DNA of 45,609 bases from an uncultured Collinsella sp. (GCA_900554595.1 USHZ01000001.1:1-45609); one strand, 5' to 3'. Shown: positions 20,051-30,308, counted from the stretch's first letter. Made by a program: numbers and translations. The notes: generated by a model not told the origin, from the sequence alone.

Positions 20051-20689
20051 TTGTTGGACAGCTATTTTACTCTGCAATCGAATATTGAGGCTTCGGGCGA
20101 GTTTGTGGACCGCAAGAGCCGGTTTATTGCCCAGCTGGTCCATATTGAGTCCGAGGACGAGGCAAACACCTTTATCGAGATGGTTCGCAAGCGTCATTAC
20201 GACGCCCGGCACAATGTTCCCGCGTGGATTTTGGTCGATGGGCGTGAGCGCCAGAGCGATGATGGTGAGCCGAGCCGCACGAGCGGAATGCCGACGCTCG
20301 AGGTGCTGCGCGGTGCGGGACTTAAAAACGTATGCTGTGTTGTGACGCGTTATTTTGGTGGCACGCTGTTGGGGCCCGGTGGCTTGGTACGCGCCTATAC
20401 CGCGGCGACACAGGCGGCGGTGGCCGCGGCTCAGGAGGCTGGGCAGATCGTTGAGATGACGAGTGTCGTGCCGGTTGACGTGCATGTGGCCTATCCACAG
20501 TATGAGCAGGTGCTTCGTTTGGCGCAGGATTCGGGTGCCAAGGTTTCGGATACCGATTACGCGGATGCCGTGATACTTCACTTGGTGTTTAAGGCGGGGG
20601 AGCAGGAGCTGTTTTGCGCCAAGATGCGCGAGCTTATGGCGGGGCGCGAGGAGATCGAGGTCGGCGCTCCCGAATTTGCTGAGTTCTAA
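20051..20689 (+). CDS. YigZ/IMPACT family protein
   Basis: RKSRFIA, ARHNVPAW, DDGEPSRTSG, VTRYFGGTLLGPGGLVRAY. Confidence 0.93.
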   Translation: MLDSYFTLQSNIEASGEFVDRKSRFIAQLVHIESEDEANTFIEMVRKRHYDARHNVPAWILVDGRERQSDDGEPSRTSGMPTLEVLRGAGLKNVCCVVTRYFGGTLLGPGGLVRAYTAATQAAVAAAQEAGQIVEMTSVVPVDVHVAYPQYEQVLRLAQDSGAKVSDTDYADAVILHLVFKAGEQELFCAKMRELMAGREEIEVGAPEFAEF

Positions 20690-20756
20690 CGGCGACGGCC
20701 GGCGTGCTTTTGGATGAATCTCAAGCGCGCCGGCCGTCGTTTTCTGTTGCTATCGT

Positions 20757-21203
20757 TTACTCGGCGAGCTGCTTTAGCATATCGCAGGCGATTTCGACGG
20801 CATCGTCGATGCAGCCGGGACAGCTGCGGAGCGGACCCTTGTCCGATCCGACGCCCTTGAGCGTGCCACAGACGGTCGTCGTGTTCTTCTCGCCAAAGCG
20901 CTTGGCAATCTCGCGCGACAGCTTGTAGGTCTGGCCCTTGGTCTTGGGGTTTTCCATACCGTCGCTCATCACAAAGCCCATGATGGCCACGGCGCCCGAG
21001 ATGGCGCCGCAGGTCTCGGTCATGCCGCCCATGCCGGCGCCAAAGCCCTCGGTGAGGGTAAAGGCGATCTGGGGGTCGAGCCCCACAGCGGGCGCGAGCG
21101 TGCAAGCGACAGCCTGGGCGCAGTTAAAGCCGCGGGCGTGGTACTCGGCAGCCTGAGCCTGACAGGCGGTGATGTCGAGCTGGGCTGTATCGATTTGCTT
21201 CAT
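20757..21203 (-). CDS. C-GCAxxG-C-C family putative redox protein
   Basis: FNCAQAV, GFGAGMGG..TCGAISG, TVCGTL, SCPGC; AAGGAG SD before ATG. Confidence 0.88.
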   Translation of the reverse strand: MKQIDTAQLDITACQAQAAEYHARGFNCAQAVACTLAPAVGLDPQIAFTLTEGFGAGMGGMTETCGAISGAVAIMGFVMSDGMENPKTKGQTYKLSREIAKRFGEKNTTTVCGTLKGVGSDKGPLRSCPGCIDDAVEIACDMLKQLAE

Positions 21204-21433
21204 CGTTGTCTCCTTGGTCACGGTGTACCCGCCTATGGTACCCGTGACGGGGCATGTAATCATCGAGAGCTTCATGTATGCCTCATTTATATCCATCGAT
21301 TAAATGCCTAAGGCTGAGACGAATGCCCCTGATTTATTTGTCTCATAACCTATCGGCGGGATGGGTTGAGAGGGGTGCGGGGTAGCGGTATCGTGAACCG
21401 AATAAAAACAAAACCCAAGTAAGGGAGTTGGAT

Positions 21434-22717
21434 ATGAGCAAGCAGACCATCGGTACCACGTGTGTTCAGGGCGGTTATCGCCCGGGCGATGCAGAGCCGC
21501 GTCAGGTGCCCATCTATCAGTCAACCACGTGGAAGTACGACACGTCCGAGCACATGGGCAAGCTGTTTGACCTGGAGGAGTCGGGCTACTTCTATAGCCG
21601 TCTGCAGAACCCCACGTGCGATTTGGTCGCCGCCAAGATCTGTGAGATGGAGGGCGGCACCGCTGCGATGCTCACGAGTTCGGGCATGGCTGCGAACTTC
21701 CTTGCGATCTTTAACGTGGCCGGTGCCGGTGATCACGTGGTCGCAAGCTCTGCCATCTACGGCGGTACCTACAACCTGCTTGCCCATACCATGGGCCGTA
21801 TGGGCGTTACCTGCACGTTCGTTGCCCCCGACTGCACCGATGAGGAGCTCGAGGCAGCCTTTGAGCCCAATACCAAGCTCGTCTTTGGCGAGACGATTGC
21901 CAACCCTGCCCTTGCCGTGCTCGATATTGAGCGCTTTGCCAAGGCCGCGCATGACCACGGCGTGCCGCTGATGGTCGACAACACCTTCCCGACGCCTGTG
22001 ATGTGCCGTCCCTTTGAGTGGGGCGCCGACATCGTCACGCACTCCACCACCAAGTACATGGATGGCCATGCAGCCTACCTGGGTGGCGTGATTGTCGACC
22101 ACGGCCAGTTTGACTGGATGGCCCATGCAGACAAGTTCCCGGGTCTCACCACGCCCGACGAGAGCTATCACGGCGTGACCTATGCCGAGAAGTTCGGTCG
22201 CGAGGGCGCCTTCATTACCAAGGCCACCGCGCAGCTCATGCGCGACCTCGGCCCTATGCAGAACCCGCAGGCGGCGTTTTTCCTGAACAGCTCGCTCGAG
22301 AGCCTGCATGTGCGCATGCCGCGTCATTGCGAGAACGGCCTGGCCGTTGCCAAGTTCCTGCAGAGCCATCCCAAGGTACGCTTCGTGAGCTATCCGGGCC
22401 TGGAGGGCGATAAGTACTATGACCTGGCTCAGAAGTACATGCCTAACGGTACCTGCGGCGTTGTGAGCTTTGGCTTTAACGGTGGTCGCGCGGCGGCCGA
22501 GACCTTTATGAAGAGCCTCAAGCTTGCCCAGATCGCCACGCATGTGGCCGACGCCCGCACTTGCTGCCTGCATCCCGCTAACGCTACGCATCGCCAGATG
22601 AACGATGAGGAGCTCATCGCCTGTGGCATCTCCGCCGACATGGTGCGCCTGTCGTGCGGCCTCGAGGACACGGCCGACCTGATTGCCGACCTTGAGCAGG
22701 CTCTCGAGCAGTGCTAG
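21434..22717 (+). CDS. metY: O-acetylhomoserine aminocarboxypropyltransferase / sulfhydrylase
   Basis: YSRLQNPT, SSGMAA, VDNTF, HSTTKYMDGH PLP-lysine, HPANATHRQ, RLSCGLE. Confidence 0.92.
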   Translation: MSKQTIGTTCVQGGYRPGDAEPRQVPIYQSTTWKYDTSEHMGKLFDLEESGYFYSRLQNPTCDLVAAKICEMEGGTAAMLTSSGMAANFLAIFNVAGAGDHVVASSAIYGGTYNLLAHTMGRMGVTCTFVAPDCTDEELEAAFEPNTKLVFGETIANPALAVLDIERFAKAAHDHGVPLMVDNTFPTPVMCRPFEWGADIVTHSTTKYMDGHAAYLGGVIVDHGQFDWMAHADKFPGLTTPDESYHGVTYAEKFGREGAFITKATAQLMRDLGPMQNPQAAFFLNSSLESLHVRMPRHCENGLAVAKFLQSHPKVRFVSYPGLEGDKYYDLAQKYMPNGTCGVVSFGFNGGRAAAETFMKSLKLAQIATHVADARTCCLHPANATHRQMNDEELIACGISADMVRLSCGLEDTADLIADLEQALEQC

Positions 22718-22857
22718 GCTAGCGTTCGCATAAGTCGCCGATGCCGACAGAGGGCTTCGGCGACCTTTACGTTCCGATTCCGTAGGCGGGACCCCAATCG
22801 CGACTTTGCAGGCGATTGGGGCCCCGTTTTTGCGTTGCGCCACTCGAAAGGATGGAC

Positions 22858-24162
22858 ATGGATAAAACCGCAGAGCAGCTGCGCCGCGAGCGCATTGCCC
22901 TAGAGGGCGACACCCATGGCAAGAACAAATGGGCGATTCTGTTTACCGTGCTCATCATGACGTTTATGGTGTGTCTGGATTCGACCGTCGTGACCGTGGC
23001 GCTGCCCGTGATGCAAAAGGAGCTGGGCGTGGGCCTCGATCGCATTCAGCTGGTGAGCTCGGTGTATCTGCTTGCGACATGCGTGGCCATGTTGCCGTTT
23101 GGCCGTCTGGGCGACGTGCGCGGCAAGGTGGGCGTATTCCAGCTGGGCGTCATCGTCTTTACGGCCGGCTCGCTGCTTTGCGGCCTTTCGGGCTCGCTCG
23201 AAGTTCTTATTCTGGCACGCATTGTGCAGGGCGTCGGTTGCGCGGCGGCCATGGCCAACAACATGGGAATCATCACCGAGTCGTTTCCGGCGCGCGAGCG
23301 CGGTCGTGCCATGGGTATTCTCGCGACCTTCGTGGCCCTCGGCATGATGTGTGGCCCCGTGCTCGGCGGCATGCTGGTGTCAAGTTTTCCCTGGGAGAGC
23401 ATCTTTCTCATTAACCTGCCCATTGGCGTCATCTCGTTTATCGTGGGGCTCTACACACTGCCGCATGTTAAGCCGGAGGCCGGCGAGCGCCCCATGTCCC
23501 TGATCGAGGCCGCTCGTCGCTGCTTTGCAAATTCGGCCTTCACCATCAACCTAGCCTGCATGCTCATCGTGTTCGTTGGCATTGGCGCATCCGAGTTTAT
23601 TCTGCCGTTCTATTTTCAGGACGCTCACGGCTTTGGTTCCGACATTTCCGGACTGCTCTTTTTGGCGCTGCCGATGGTGAATGCCTTTATCGGCCCGCTT
23701 TCGGGTACGGTTTCGGACCGTGTTGGCTGCGAGGGCCCCACGGCGGTCGGCCTGGGCGTGTACGTATGCGGTCTCTTTGCGGTAAGTACGCTCGACGAGC
23801 ACTCTTCCATCCCTGTGATCGTGTGCTGTGTCGCGTTTATGTCGTGCGGCACGTCGATTTTCCAGAGCCCCAATAACTCGCTGTACATGGGCTCGGCTCC
23901 GCGCGAAGCGCTCGGCTTTGCTGGCAGCCTGGGTAGCCTGGCGCGCTATGCGGGTATGGCCGTGGGCATTACGGTGGCGTCGAATATCCTGTATGGGCAG
24001 ATGAGCGTGGCGATGGGCGAGGCCGTGACCAGTTTTGTTGCAGGCCGTCCGGATGTGTTCTTGTTTGGTTTTCGTTCGGTGTTCTACGTGCTCATGGCTG
24101 TGTCCGCTGTGGGCTTTGCGCTCGCCATGGTTCGTTTGGTGAGGATGCGCGCCCGCCATTAG
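22858..24162 (+). CDS. MFS transporter (DHA2-like drug/H+ antiporter family)
   Basis: LDSTVVTVALP, GRLGDVRGK, ARIVQGVG, WESIFLINLPIG; many TM segments. Confidence 0.9.
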   Translation: MDKTAEQLRRERIALEGDTHGKNKWAILFTVLIMTFMVCLDSTVVTVALPVMQKELGVGLDRIQLVSSVYLLATCVAMLPFGRLGDVRGKVGVFQLGVIVFTAGSLLCGLSGSLEVLILARIVQGVGCAAAMANNMGIITESFPARERGRAMGILATFVALGMMCGPVLGGMLVSSFPWESIFLINLPIGVISFIVGLYTLPHVKPEAGERPMSLIEAARRCFANSAFTINLACMLIVFVGIGASEFILPFYFQDAHGFGSDISGLLFLALPMVNAFIGPLSGTVSDRVGCEGPTAVGLGVYVCGLFAVSTLDEHSSIPVIVCCVAFMSCGTSIFQSPNNSLYMGSAPREALGFAGSLGSLARYAGMAVGITVASNILYGQMSVAMGEAVTSFVAGRPDVFLFGFRSVFYVLMAVSAVGFALAMVRLVRMRARH

Positions 24163-24180
24163 CGTGTTGGGAGGCTGCCT

Positions 24181-24340
24181 GCCACGAATCAGGCCTATCT
24201 ACTACGTTAGACTGCGATGTCCCAACCATGGTGCATCTGATGAAAATAAAAGCGCAGGTAGATAGCTTGCCAGTTTTCGGAAATCATGGGTATGGACAGG
24301 GGTATGAGGCTAAACGTAGTAAATAGGCCGGTTTTGTGGC
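24181..24340. repeat. 160-bp MITE-like palindromic element family 2, copy A
   Basis: Imperfect ~30-bp terminal IRs (GCCACGAATCAGGCCTATCTACTACGTT / AACGTAGTAAATAGGCCGGTTTTGTGGC); homologous inverted copy at 44118-44277. Confidence 0.75.
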
Positions 24341-24538
24341 CGGCGCCCTACATGATCCGCTTAGGACGGAGGAAATCGGACCATAAAGGTAGATAAAAGA
24401 GCCCCGTCCCAAATTGACTGGTCTTGCGGCTTTGTGGTGCGATGCGGCTTGTGGGGCGGGCGGGGGTCGGTCCGTGGTAGACTATCGAACAACGTTTATT
24501 AATCGCGCGGTATCGTTGCCGCGAGAAGGGGTTGCGCC

Positions 24539-25117
24539 ATGCAGGAGCTTGAGGATCGTATTCGCCATGACGGCATCGTAAAGGCCGGTAACGTCCTTAA
24601 GGTTGATGCCTTCCTCAACCACCAGTGCGACGTTGAGCTGTTCGACCACATGGGCGCCGAGTGGGCCCGTCTGTTCAAGGGTGTCGAGATCAACAAGATC
24701 CTGACGATTGAGGCTTCGGGCATTGGCATGGCCTGCATCGCAGCTCAGCATTTTGGCGGCGTGCCGGTGGTCTTTGCCAAGAAGGCCCAGTCCATTAACC
24801 TCGACGGCGAGCAGTATGCTACGACCATCTACTCCTTTACCAAACAGAAGGAGTACCCGGTTATCGTGGGCAAGCGTTTCCTGTCCGAGGGCGATAAGGT
24901 CCTGATTATCGACGACTTCCTGGCCAACGGCTGCGCTCTTGAGGGTCTTATCAAGATCTGCGAGGCCGCGGGTGCCGAGGTGTCCGGTATTGGCATTGCC
25001 GTGGAGAAGGGCTTCCAGGGCGGTGGCGATAAGCTCCGCGAGCGTGGCTTCCGCGTCGAGAGCCTGGCCCGTATCGCCGATATGGACTGCGAGACCGGCG
25101 AGATCACCTTCGCCTAA
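24539..25117 (+). CDS. xpt: Xanthine phosphoribosyltransferase
   Basis: [34 protein letters not shown] motif, EKGFQGG. Confidence 0.95.
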   Translation: MQELEDRIRHDGIVKAGNVLKVDAFLNHQCDVELFDHMGAEWARLFKGVEINKILTIEASGIGMACIAAQHFGGVPVVFAKKAQSINLDGEQYATTIYSFTKQKEYPVIVGKRFLSEGDKVLIIDDFLANGCALEGLIKICEAAGAEVSGIGIAVEKGFQGGGDKLRERGFRVESLARIADMDCETGEITFA

Positions 25118-25144
25118 GCGCGCAACACAAGCGATTGGTATTCG

Positions 25145-25180
25145 ATGTGACAAAGGGACTTTCCCTTTGTCACATTTTTT
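25145..25180 (+). terminator. Terminator/REP-like palindrome after xpt
   Basis: ATGTGACAAAGGGA / TCCCTTTGTCACAT perfect 14-bp stem + T-run. Confidence 0.7.
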
Positions 25181-25200
25181 GTATGAGGGGAGGTGTTGAT

Positions 25201-25581
25201 ATGGATGAGAACAAGATGGGATGGCATGAGTATGCGCGCTATGCCGAGATGTCGGCCGAGGAGTTGGCGCGCGATTGCGAGGTGCAGGTGTTTCGCGCGA
25301 CGGGTCCGGGCGGACAAGGCGTCAACACGACGGACTCGGCGGTGCGCATGAAGCATGGGCCCACGGGGATTGTCGTGACGGCGCGCGAGAGCCGTAGTCA
25401 GTTTCAGAATCGCAGCTGCTGTCTGCGTAAGCTGCGCGCTGAGCTTGAGCGTCGCGGGCGTCCACCGCGCCGTCGCGTCAAGACCAAAGTGCCACAGCGC
25501 TCTCGCCAGCGCAGGCTCAACGATAAGCACTTCAACGCGATTAAAAAGGCCAACCGTCGCAAGCCGGGCGGGGAGGAATGA
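25201..25581 (+). CDS. arfB: Ribosome rescue peptidyl-tRNA hydrolase ArfB/YaeJ-like
   Basis: [11 protein letters not shown] motif, RSQFQN, very basic C-terminal tail; GGAGG SD. Confidence 0.85.
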   Translation: MDENKMGWHEYARYAEMSAEELARDCEVQVFRATGPGGQGVNTTDSAVRMKHGPTGIVVTARESRSQFQNRSCCLRKLRAELERRGRPPRRRVKTKVPQRSRQRRLNDKHFNAIKKANRRKPGGEE

Positions 25582-25590
25582 TCTTCTCAA

Positions 25591-25661
25591 TAAGTTGCGG
25601 TGAAATAGGGACTGTTTTGCGGCTTTGGCTGCATAAACAGTCCCTATTTCACCGCAACTTA
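25591..25661. repeat. Palindromic element family 3, copy A (perfect 27-bp inverted repeat)
   Basis: TAAGTTGCGGTGAAATAGGGACTGTTT / AAACAGTCCCTATTTCACCGCAACTTA between convergent genes; related copy at 44329-44397. Confidence 0.8.
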
Positions 25662-25668
25662 GGTGAAG

Positions 25669-26631
25669 CTAGCGGGTTGGGTGCCAGACCTCGAGGACGG
25701 CGGGAAGGATATCCACCTCGATGCGCGAGGCGACAACGGGCTCGCCATCGGCCTGGATGGGGTAGTCGGGCTCCTCAAAGGTGAGCTCGGCATGGCGGCA
25801 GCGGCGCATGCGAATCGGCGGCAGTTTGGTATGGTGGCCGTCTTTGGCCGAAAGGAACATGGGCAGGGCAACCGCGCGTGGGACGGGGCCGCAGGCGTAG
25901 CAGACGTCGAGTATGCCATCGCAGGAATCGGCATCGGGACAGATGCGATAGCCCGAGCCATAGGTGGGGCCCAGCTGAATTGCCATGATGATCGCCCTCA
26001 CGCGCTCGGCGGGCGCGCCGTCAAAGCTGACTGTCATGGGGTAGTTGCGATAGCGTAGGCCAAACTGCTCAAGTCCCGAGAGAGTGTAGAGCGGCGCGCC
26101 CGTCAAGCCGGTCTTTTTGCGCAGCTCGGTGGTGCCCAGGCCGATGGCGGCATCGATGCCGACCGAAAGCGTCTGGTCATAATACTCGACCGTCGCCTCG
26201 CCGCTACCGCTTGCGGGGTTCCATGAGCGAATGCGCCCGATGTCCTGACGTTGCAGCTCGCAGGTGAGTAGCGCGCCAAAATCCTTGCCGGAGAAATCGT
26301 CGATACCGAGCGTCTGGGCAAAATCGTTGCCGGAGCCCACGGGCAGGACGGCAAGAGCGGGGCGGGCGTCCTCCTTTTGCGTCATTAGCCCGTTGACGAC
26401 CTCGTGAATCACGCCGTCGCCGCCAAGGGCGATAACGGTGCGATAGCCCTGAGCCTGCGCGGCCAGCTTCTTGGCGTGTCCTATACGCTCGGTCAACACC
26501 AGGTCAAACTGGGATGCGCGTGCAGTCATGTCCAAAAAGCGTTGCAAGCGCTCGGCAACTTCGCGTGCCGCACCCGACTGGGCGGCTGGGTTGGCGATGA
26601 TGAGCGTGCGACCAAAATCAGTTGCGTGCAT
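25669..26631 (-). CDS. Diacylglycerol/lipid kinase family protein (YegS-like)
   Basis: IANPAA, GGDGVIHEVVNGL, PVGSGNDFA, DG.LDV, QADGE; start chosen by GGGAG SD. Confidence 0.9.
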   Translation of the reverse strand: MHATDFGRTLIIANPAAQSGAAREVAERLQRFLDMTARASQFDLVLTERIGHAKKLAAQAQGYRTVIALGGDGVIHEVVNGLMTQKEDARPALAVLPVGSGNDFAQTLGIDDFSGKDFGALLTCELQRQDIGRIRSWNPASGSGEATVEYYDQTLSVGIDAAIGLGTTELRKKTGLTGAPLYTLSGLEQFGLRYRNYPMTVSFDGAPAERVRAIIMAIQLGPTYGSGYRICPDADSCDGILDVCYACGPVPRAVALPMFLSAKDGHHTKLPPIRMRRCRHAELTFEEPDYPIQADGEPVVASRIEVDILPAVLEVWHPTR

Positions 26632-26717
26632 GTGGCGACTCCCGGCGTGTGACATGACAGTGCGGTCGCGCTCAGGTCGGATTGCCCCCGATTGTGGCTG
26701 CACGGCGATTATTACAT

Positions 26718-28139
26718 CTACTCTATCAGGTCGTTGTGGCGCTCGATAGCATCCGCTACCGTACCGCCCTCATCCACAATAAGCGAGCGGCGCTTAGGTG
26801 AGATGATGCGCTGGGCGGAGTACACGCCGCGGTGTCCACCGGTTAGGTAGCTGATAAAGGCCACGATGACAAAGAACCCGGCGGCCGTGCCGTGGAACAG
26901 GTCGATGGCCATCATGCAGGTGGTGATGGGCACGTTGAGGCCGGCGCAGAACACGCCGAGCATGCCGAGAGCCGCCAGAAAACTGGGGTCAAGCCCGGTA
27001 AGGCAACCGATCCAGCCACCGAGTGCCGCACCGATGCCAAACAGGGGCGTGACCTCGCCGCCTTGGAAGCCCGCGCCCAGGGTAAGCGCTGTGACGACCA
27101 ACTTGATGGCTGCGTCCGCCAGGGTGGTGTTGCCGGCAAATCCGGCGCCGGAAAGCCACGTGGAAAGGCCGGCGTAGTCCCAGGCGTCGAGGAGGGCATA
27201 GGCGGCCAAAACCACGAGTGCGCCTATGAGTGCGCGGACGAGGTAATTGGTGATAAAGCGACCGTACAGGCTCTTGACGGTTCGAACCGACCAGGCAAAG
27301 AGGCGTGCCGTCAGGCCGAAGATAATTGCGCTGATAACAACGATGGCAACCGTCTGTGGTGTCATGTTGGGAACGCTGGCGATGACATTCGCCTCGTACT
27401 CGGTTCCCAAGGCGAGCGATGTAAAGTAGCCGGTAAATGAGGCGACGAGGCAGTAGATGCCCGCGGTGTAGTCGATCTTTCCGATGAAGCACATCTCCAT
27501 GCCAAAGAAAGCTCCGGCAAGGGGCGAACCGAATACGGCGCCAAAGGCCGACGAGATGCCGGCGAGCATGAGGTCGTGGTGGTCATGCTTTTTGAGGTGA
27601 GCGAGGCTCGAGATGTTGCTGGCGATGGTGCCACCAATCTGCACCGCAGCTCCCTCGCGACCGGCCGACCCGCCCGTTAGGTGCGTGAGCGTGGAACAGA
27701 CGAAGGTGAGGACGGCCATGCGCATATGGATGAGGCGTGTGCCCAGAGCGGAGTCGATGACCAGGTTGTTTCCGCGTTTGGCGGCAAGACCGTGGTTTTT
27801 GTACACCCATGCGGTGGCAACGCCCACAACGGGAAGCAGCGCGTAAATCCATGCATGGTGCTCGCGATAGTCGGTCGCGATATTCAGCGAGGCCAAAAAC
27901 GCCCAAGCGGCAACGCCCATGGCAAGCGAGACGATAACGACGAGTACGAGCAACTTGGCGCTCGCGAGTAGGTTGCGGGCGTTGCGGCGCGTGTCGGCAG
28001 CCAAGAGATGCTCGGAGCGGGTGAGCTGTTGCCTGCCTGCCATGATGACGTCATTAAGGGAGAAAAAGCCGCCGTCGTCGAGCGACTGGGAATGATCCTG
28101 CGCCTCGTTTGCGCTTTCGGGTTTGTCGGTAAAAGCCAT
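26718..28139 (-). CDS. CLC-family anion transporter, fluoride-exporting CLC-F clade
   Basis: GNNLV, GREGA, GGEVTP motifs typical of CLC-F. Confidence 0.88.
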   Translation of the reverse strand: MAFTDKPESANEAQDHSQSLDDGGFFSLNDVIMAGRQQLTRSEHLLAADTRRNARNLLASAKLLVLVVIVSLAMGVAAWAFLASLNIATDYREHHAWIYALLPVVGVATAWVYKNHGLAAKRGNNLVIDSALGTRLIHMRMAVLTFVCSTLTHLTGGSAGREGAAVQIGGTIASNISSLAHLKKHDHHDLMLAGISSAFGAVFGSPLAGAFFGMEMCFIGKIDYTAGIYCLVASFTGYFTSLALGTEYEANVIASVPNMTPQTVAIVVISAIIFGLTARLFAWSVRTVKSLYGRFITNYLVRALIGALVVLAAYALLDAWDYAGLSTWLSGAGFAGNTTLADAAIKLVVTALTLGAGFQGGEVTPLFGIGAALGGWIGCLTGLDPSFLAALGMLGVFCAGLNVPITTCMMAIDLFHGTAAGFFVIVAFISYLTGGHRGVYSAQRIISPKRRSLIVDEGGTVADAIERHNDLIE

Positions 28140-28351
28140 ACGTTCCTCTTTTTGGTTGCAACAGGAGCATTATAGAACGTGCCAAACGTGACAAACCGGC
28201 AGGTTGATTTTCGGTTCTGTTTCGCCGTCCGTTACCGACAGGTGTATTCGCGGCCGCGGGCCAGGTCTTGAGCAAGCGGCGAGGGATTATACTGAGATAA
28301 ACATAAAGAATCGGCGCTTTTGTTGCGCGCCGCAGCATGCTAGAGGTGTAT

Positions 28352-29614
28352 ATGGCTGAGAAACTCATTCCGTTGGAGGACGCACAGGCGATCGTCTTGT
28401 CGCACGTGAATCGCACCGAAGTTGTCGAGATTCCCGTGTGGCAGGCGGCCGGTCTTCCCCTGGCCGAGGACGCCACGGCCGATATCGACATCTCTCCGTT
28501 TGCCAACAGCGCCATGGATGGATATGCCGTGCATGCCGTCGACCTCGCCAAAGCGTCCACCAATGCGCCCGTGACGCTTTCTGTCGTGGGGCACGAGGCC
28601 GCAGGCCATGTGTTCGATGGCGTTATCGCCCCGGGCGAGACCGTCCGCATCATGACAGGCGCGCCGGTGCCCGAGGGTGCGGATGCTGTGGTGAAATACG
28701 AGATCGTCGAGGTGCTTGACGGCGACGGCAACGAGGGCTCGCACGTGAGCTTTTCGGCGCCTGCTAAAGTGGGGGAGAACGTTCGCTCTGCCGCCGAGGA
28801 GGCCCATGCCGGCGACGTCGTGATGCGTGCCGGCGAGGTTGTGGCCCCGGCCGGCGCTGGCCTGCTGGCAAGCGCCGGTTACGCGAGCGTGAAGGTCCAT
28901 GCCGCTCCGCGCGTGGGCATTATCTCGCTGGGCACGGAGCTGGTCGCGCCGAGCAAGCTGCCGGCACGCGGGCAGATTCGCGATTCCAGCTCCTCGGCGT
29001 TGATGGCCGAAGCGCTCGATGCCGGCGCCGAGCCGGTGTTCTATGGCATTGCGCCCGATGATGAGCAGGCGATTGCCGAGCTGGTACATCGCGCCGTGCA
29101 GGAGTGCGATTTTGTCATTACGAGCGGCGGCGCCTCTGCGGGCGATTACGACTACGTGACGGCGCTGGTCAAGCGCGAGGGCGAGGTGCTCTTCGACCGC
29201 ATCTCGATGCGTCCTGGCAAAGCCATCACGTTTGGCCTGCTTGGGGGCAAGCCGTATTTGGGGCTTTCGGGCAATCCCGCGGCGGCGTATGTGGGCTTTG
29301 AGATGCTCGCCCGCCCCGCGATCCGCAAGATGCGCGGCTTTGCCGAGGGTACGCGTCCCGTGCAGCAGGCGATATTGACGCACGGCGTGAAGAAGCGCCA
29401 GGACCGACGCTTCTTCGATCGCGCCACGGTTTTGCGCGACCCCGAGACCGGTGAGCTGTTGGTGACCGAGGCCAAGACGCAGAATTCGGCGCTGCTCGGC
29501 ACGATGCAGCGGGCCAACTGTCTGCTGCGTATTGACGAAGGGCCGTGTGAGCTCAAGCCGGGCGACGTCGTGGGCGTCGTGCGTGTCGATCTGCCTGAGG
29601 ATGCCGTGTTGTAG
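28352..29614 (+). CDS. moeA: Molybdopterin molybdotransferase MoeA
   Basis: SAMDGYA, RIMTGAPVPEGADAVV, SGGASAGDYD, MRPGK, GNPAA. Confidence 0.95.
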   Translation: MAEKLIPLEDAQAIVLSHVNRTEVVEIPVWQAAGLPLAEDATADIDISPFANSAMDGYAVHAVDLAKASTNAPVTLSVVGHEAAGHVFDGVIAPGETVRIMTGAPVPEGADAVVKYEIVEVLDGDGNEGSHVSFSAPAKVGENVRSAAEEAHAGDVVMRAGEVVAPAGAGLLASAGYASVKVHAAPRVGIISLGTELVAPSKLPARGQIRDSSSSALMAEALDAGAEPVFYGIAPDDEQAIAELVHRAVQECDFVITSGGASAGDYDYVTALVKREGEVLFDRISMRPGKAITFGLLGGKPYLGLSGNPAAAYVGFEMLARPAIRKMRGFAEGTRPVQQAILTHGVKKRQDRRFFDRATVLRDPETGELLVTEAKTQNSALLGTMQRANCLLRIDEGPCELKPGDVVGVVRVDLPEDAVL

Positions 29615-29624
29615 GAGGAATGCT

Positions 29625-30104
29625 ATGGAGCTGAAGATATCGATCGTGACGTGCTCGGACACGCGCGATCTTGCCCAGGATGAGGCCGGAGCCGCACTCG
29701 AGGAACTTATCGAGGCGCAGGGCTGGACGGTCGCCTCACATGTGGTCGTGCGCGACGACGTCAGCGAGATCGGTGATGCCATTGTGGAAGCCGCCGATGA
29801 GTGCCACGCCAATGTCGTGCTCACCTGCGGTGGCACGGGTCTTTCGATGCGCGATGTGACGCCCGAGGCGACGCGCGCCGTCTGCGACCGCGATGTGCCG
29901 GGTATTGCAGAGGCGATCCGTGCGTACTCCATGACCAAGACGCACCGCGCTATGCTCTCGCGCGCTATTTGCATGCAGCGTGGGTATACGCTTGTCATCA
30001 ACTTCCCGGGATCTACGAAAGCAGCCCGCGAAAGCTGGGGGGCCGTGAGCGACCAGCTGGAGCATGCGGCTCAGATGACAGCGGGCGGCGGACATACCAA
30101 CTAA
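29625..30104 (+). CDS. Molybdopterin adenylyltransferase MogA/MoaB family
   Basis: TCSD, TCGGTG, RDVTPEAT, SRA, INFPGS; AGGAGG SD. Confidence 0.93.
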   Translation: MELKISIVTCSDTRDLAQDEAGAALEELIEAQGWTVASHVVVRDDVSEIGDAIVEAADECHANVVLTCGGTGLSMRDVTPEATRAVCDRDVPGIAEAIRAYSMTKTHRAMLSRAICMQRGYTLVINFPGSTKAARESWGAVSDQLEHAAQMTAGGGHTN

Positions 30105-30308
30105 GCGGTTTACCTGCGGCGGGGCGACCTGAACGGCTGCTCCGCCTTTTATTTGCGCCCAAGGGGACGGCATTCTGTAGGCATGCCTGAAACTATATTC
30201 TCAGACGAGAATAATTTCTTAGAATCATTATTCGCAACGAAGTATAATCTAATTACAGAATAAAGCCTGCGGTGGGGTACCCGGGCGTAGCATTCGAAAG
30301 GGTTGAAC

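Noticed and set aside
28040..28340. Fluoride riboswitch upstream of the CLC-F gene
   Set aside because: The GGCGATG...TCGCC / TAATGAC.CC arrangement is not present; the lone TAATGAC lies within the CDS.
30105..30308. Moco riboswitch upstream of modA
   Set aside because: Only GAAAGG (the SD) matches; the conserved multi-stem core was not found.
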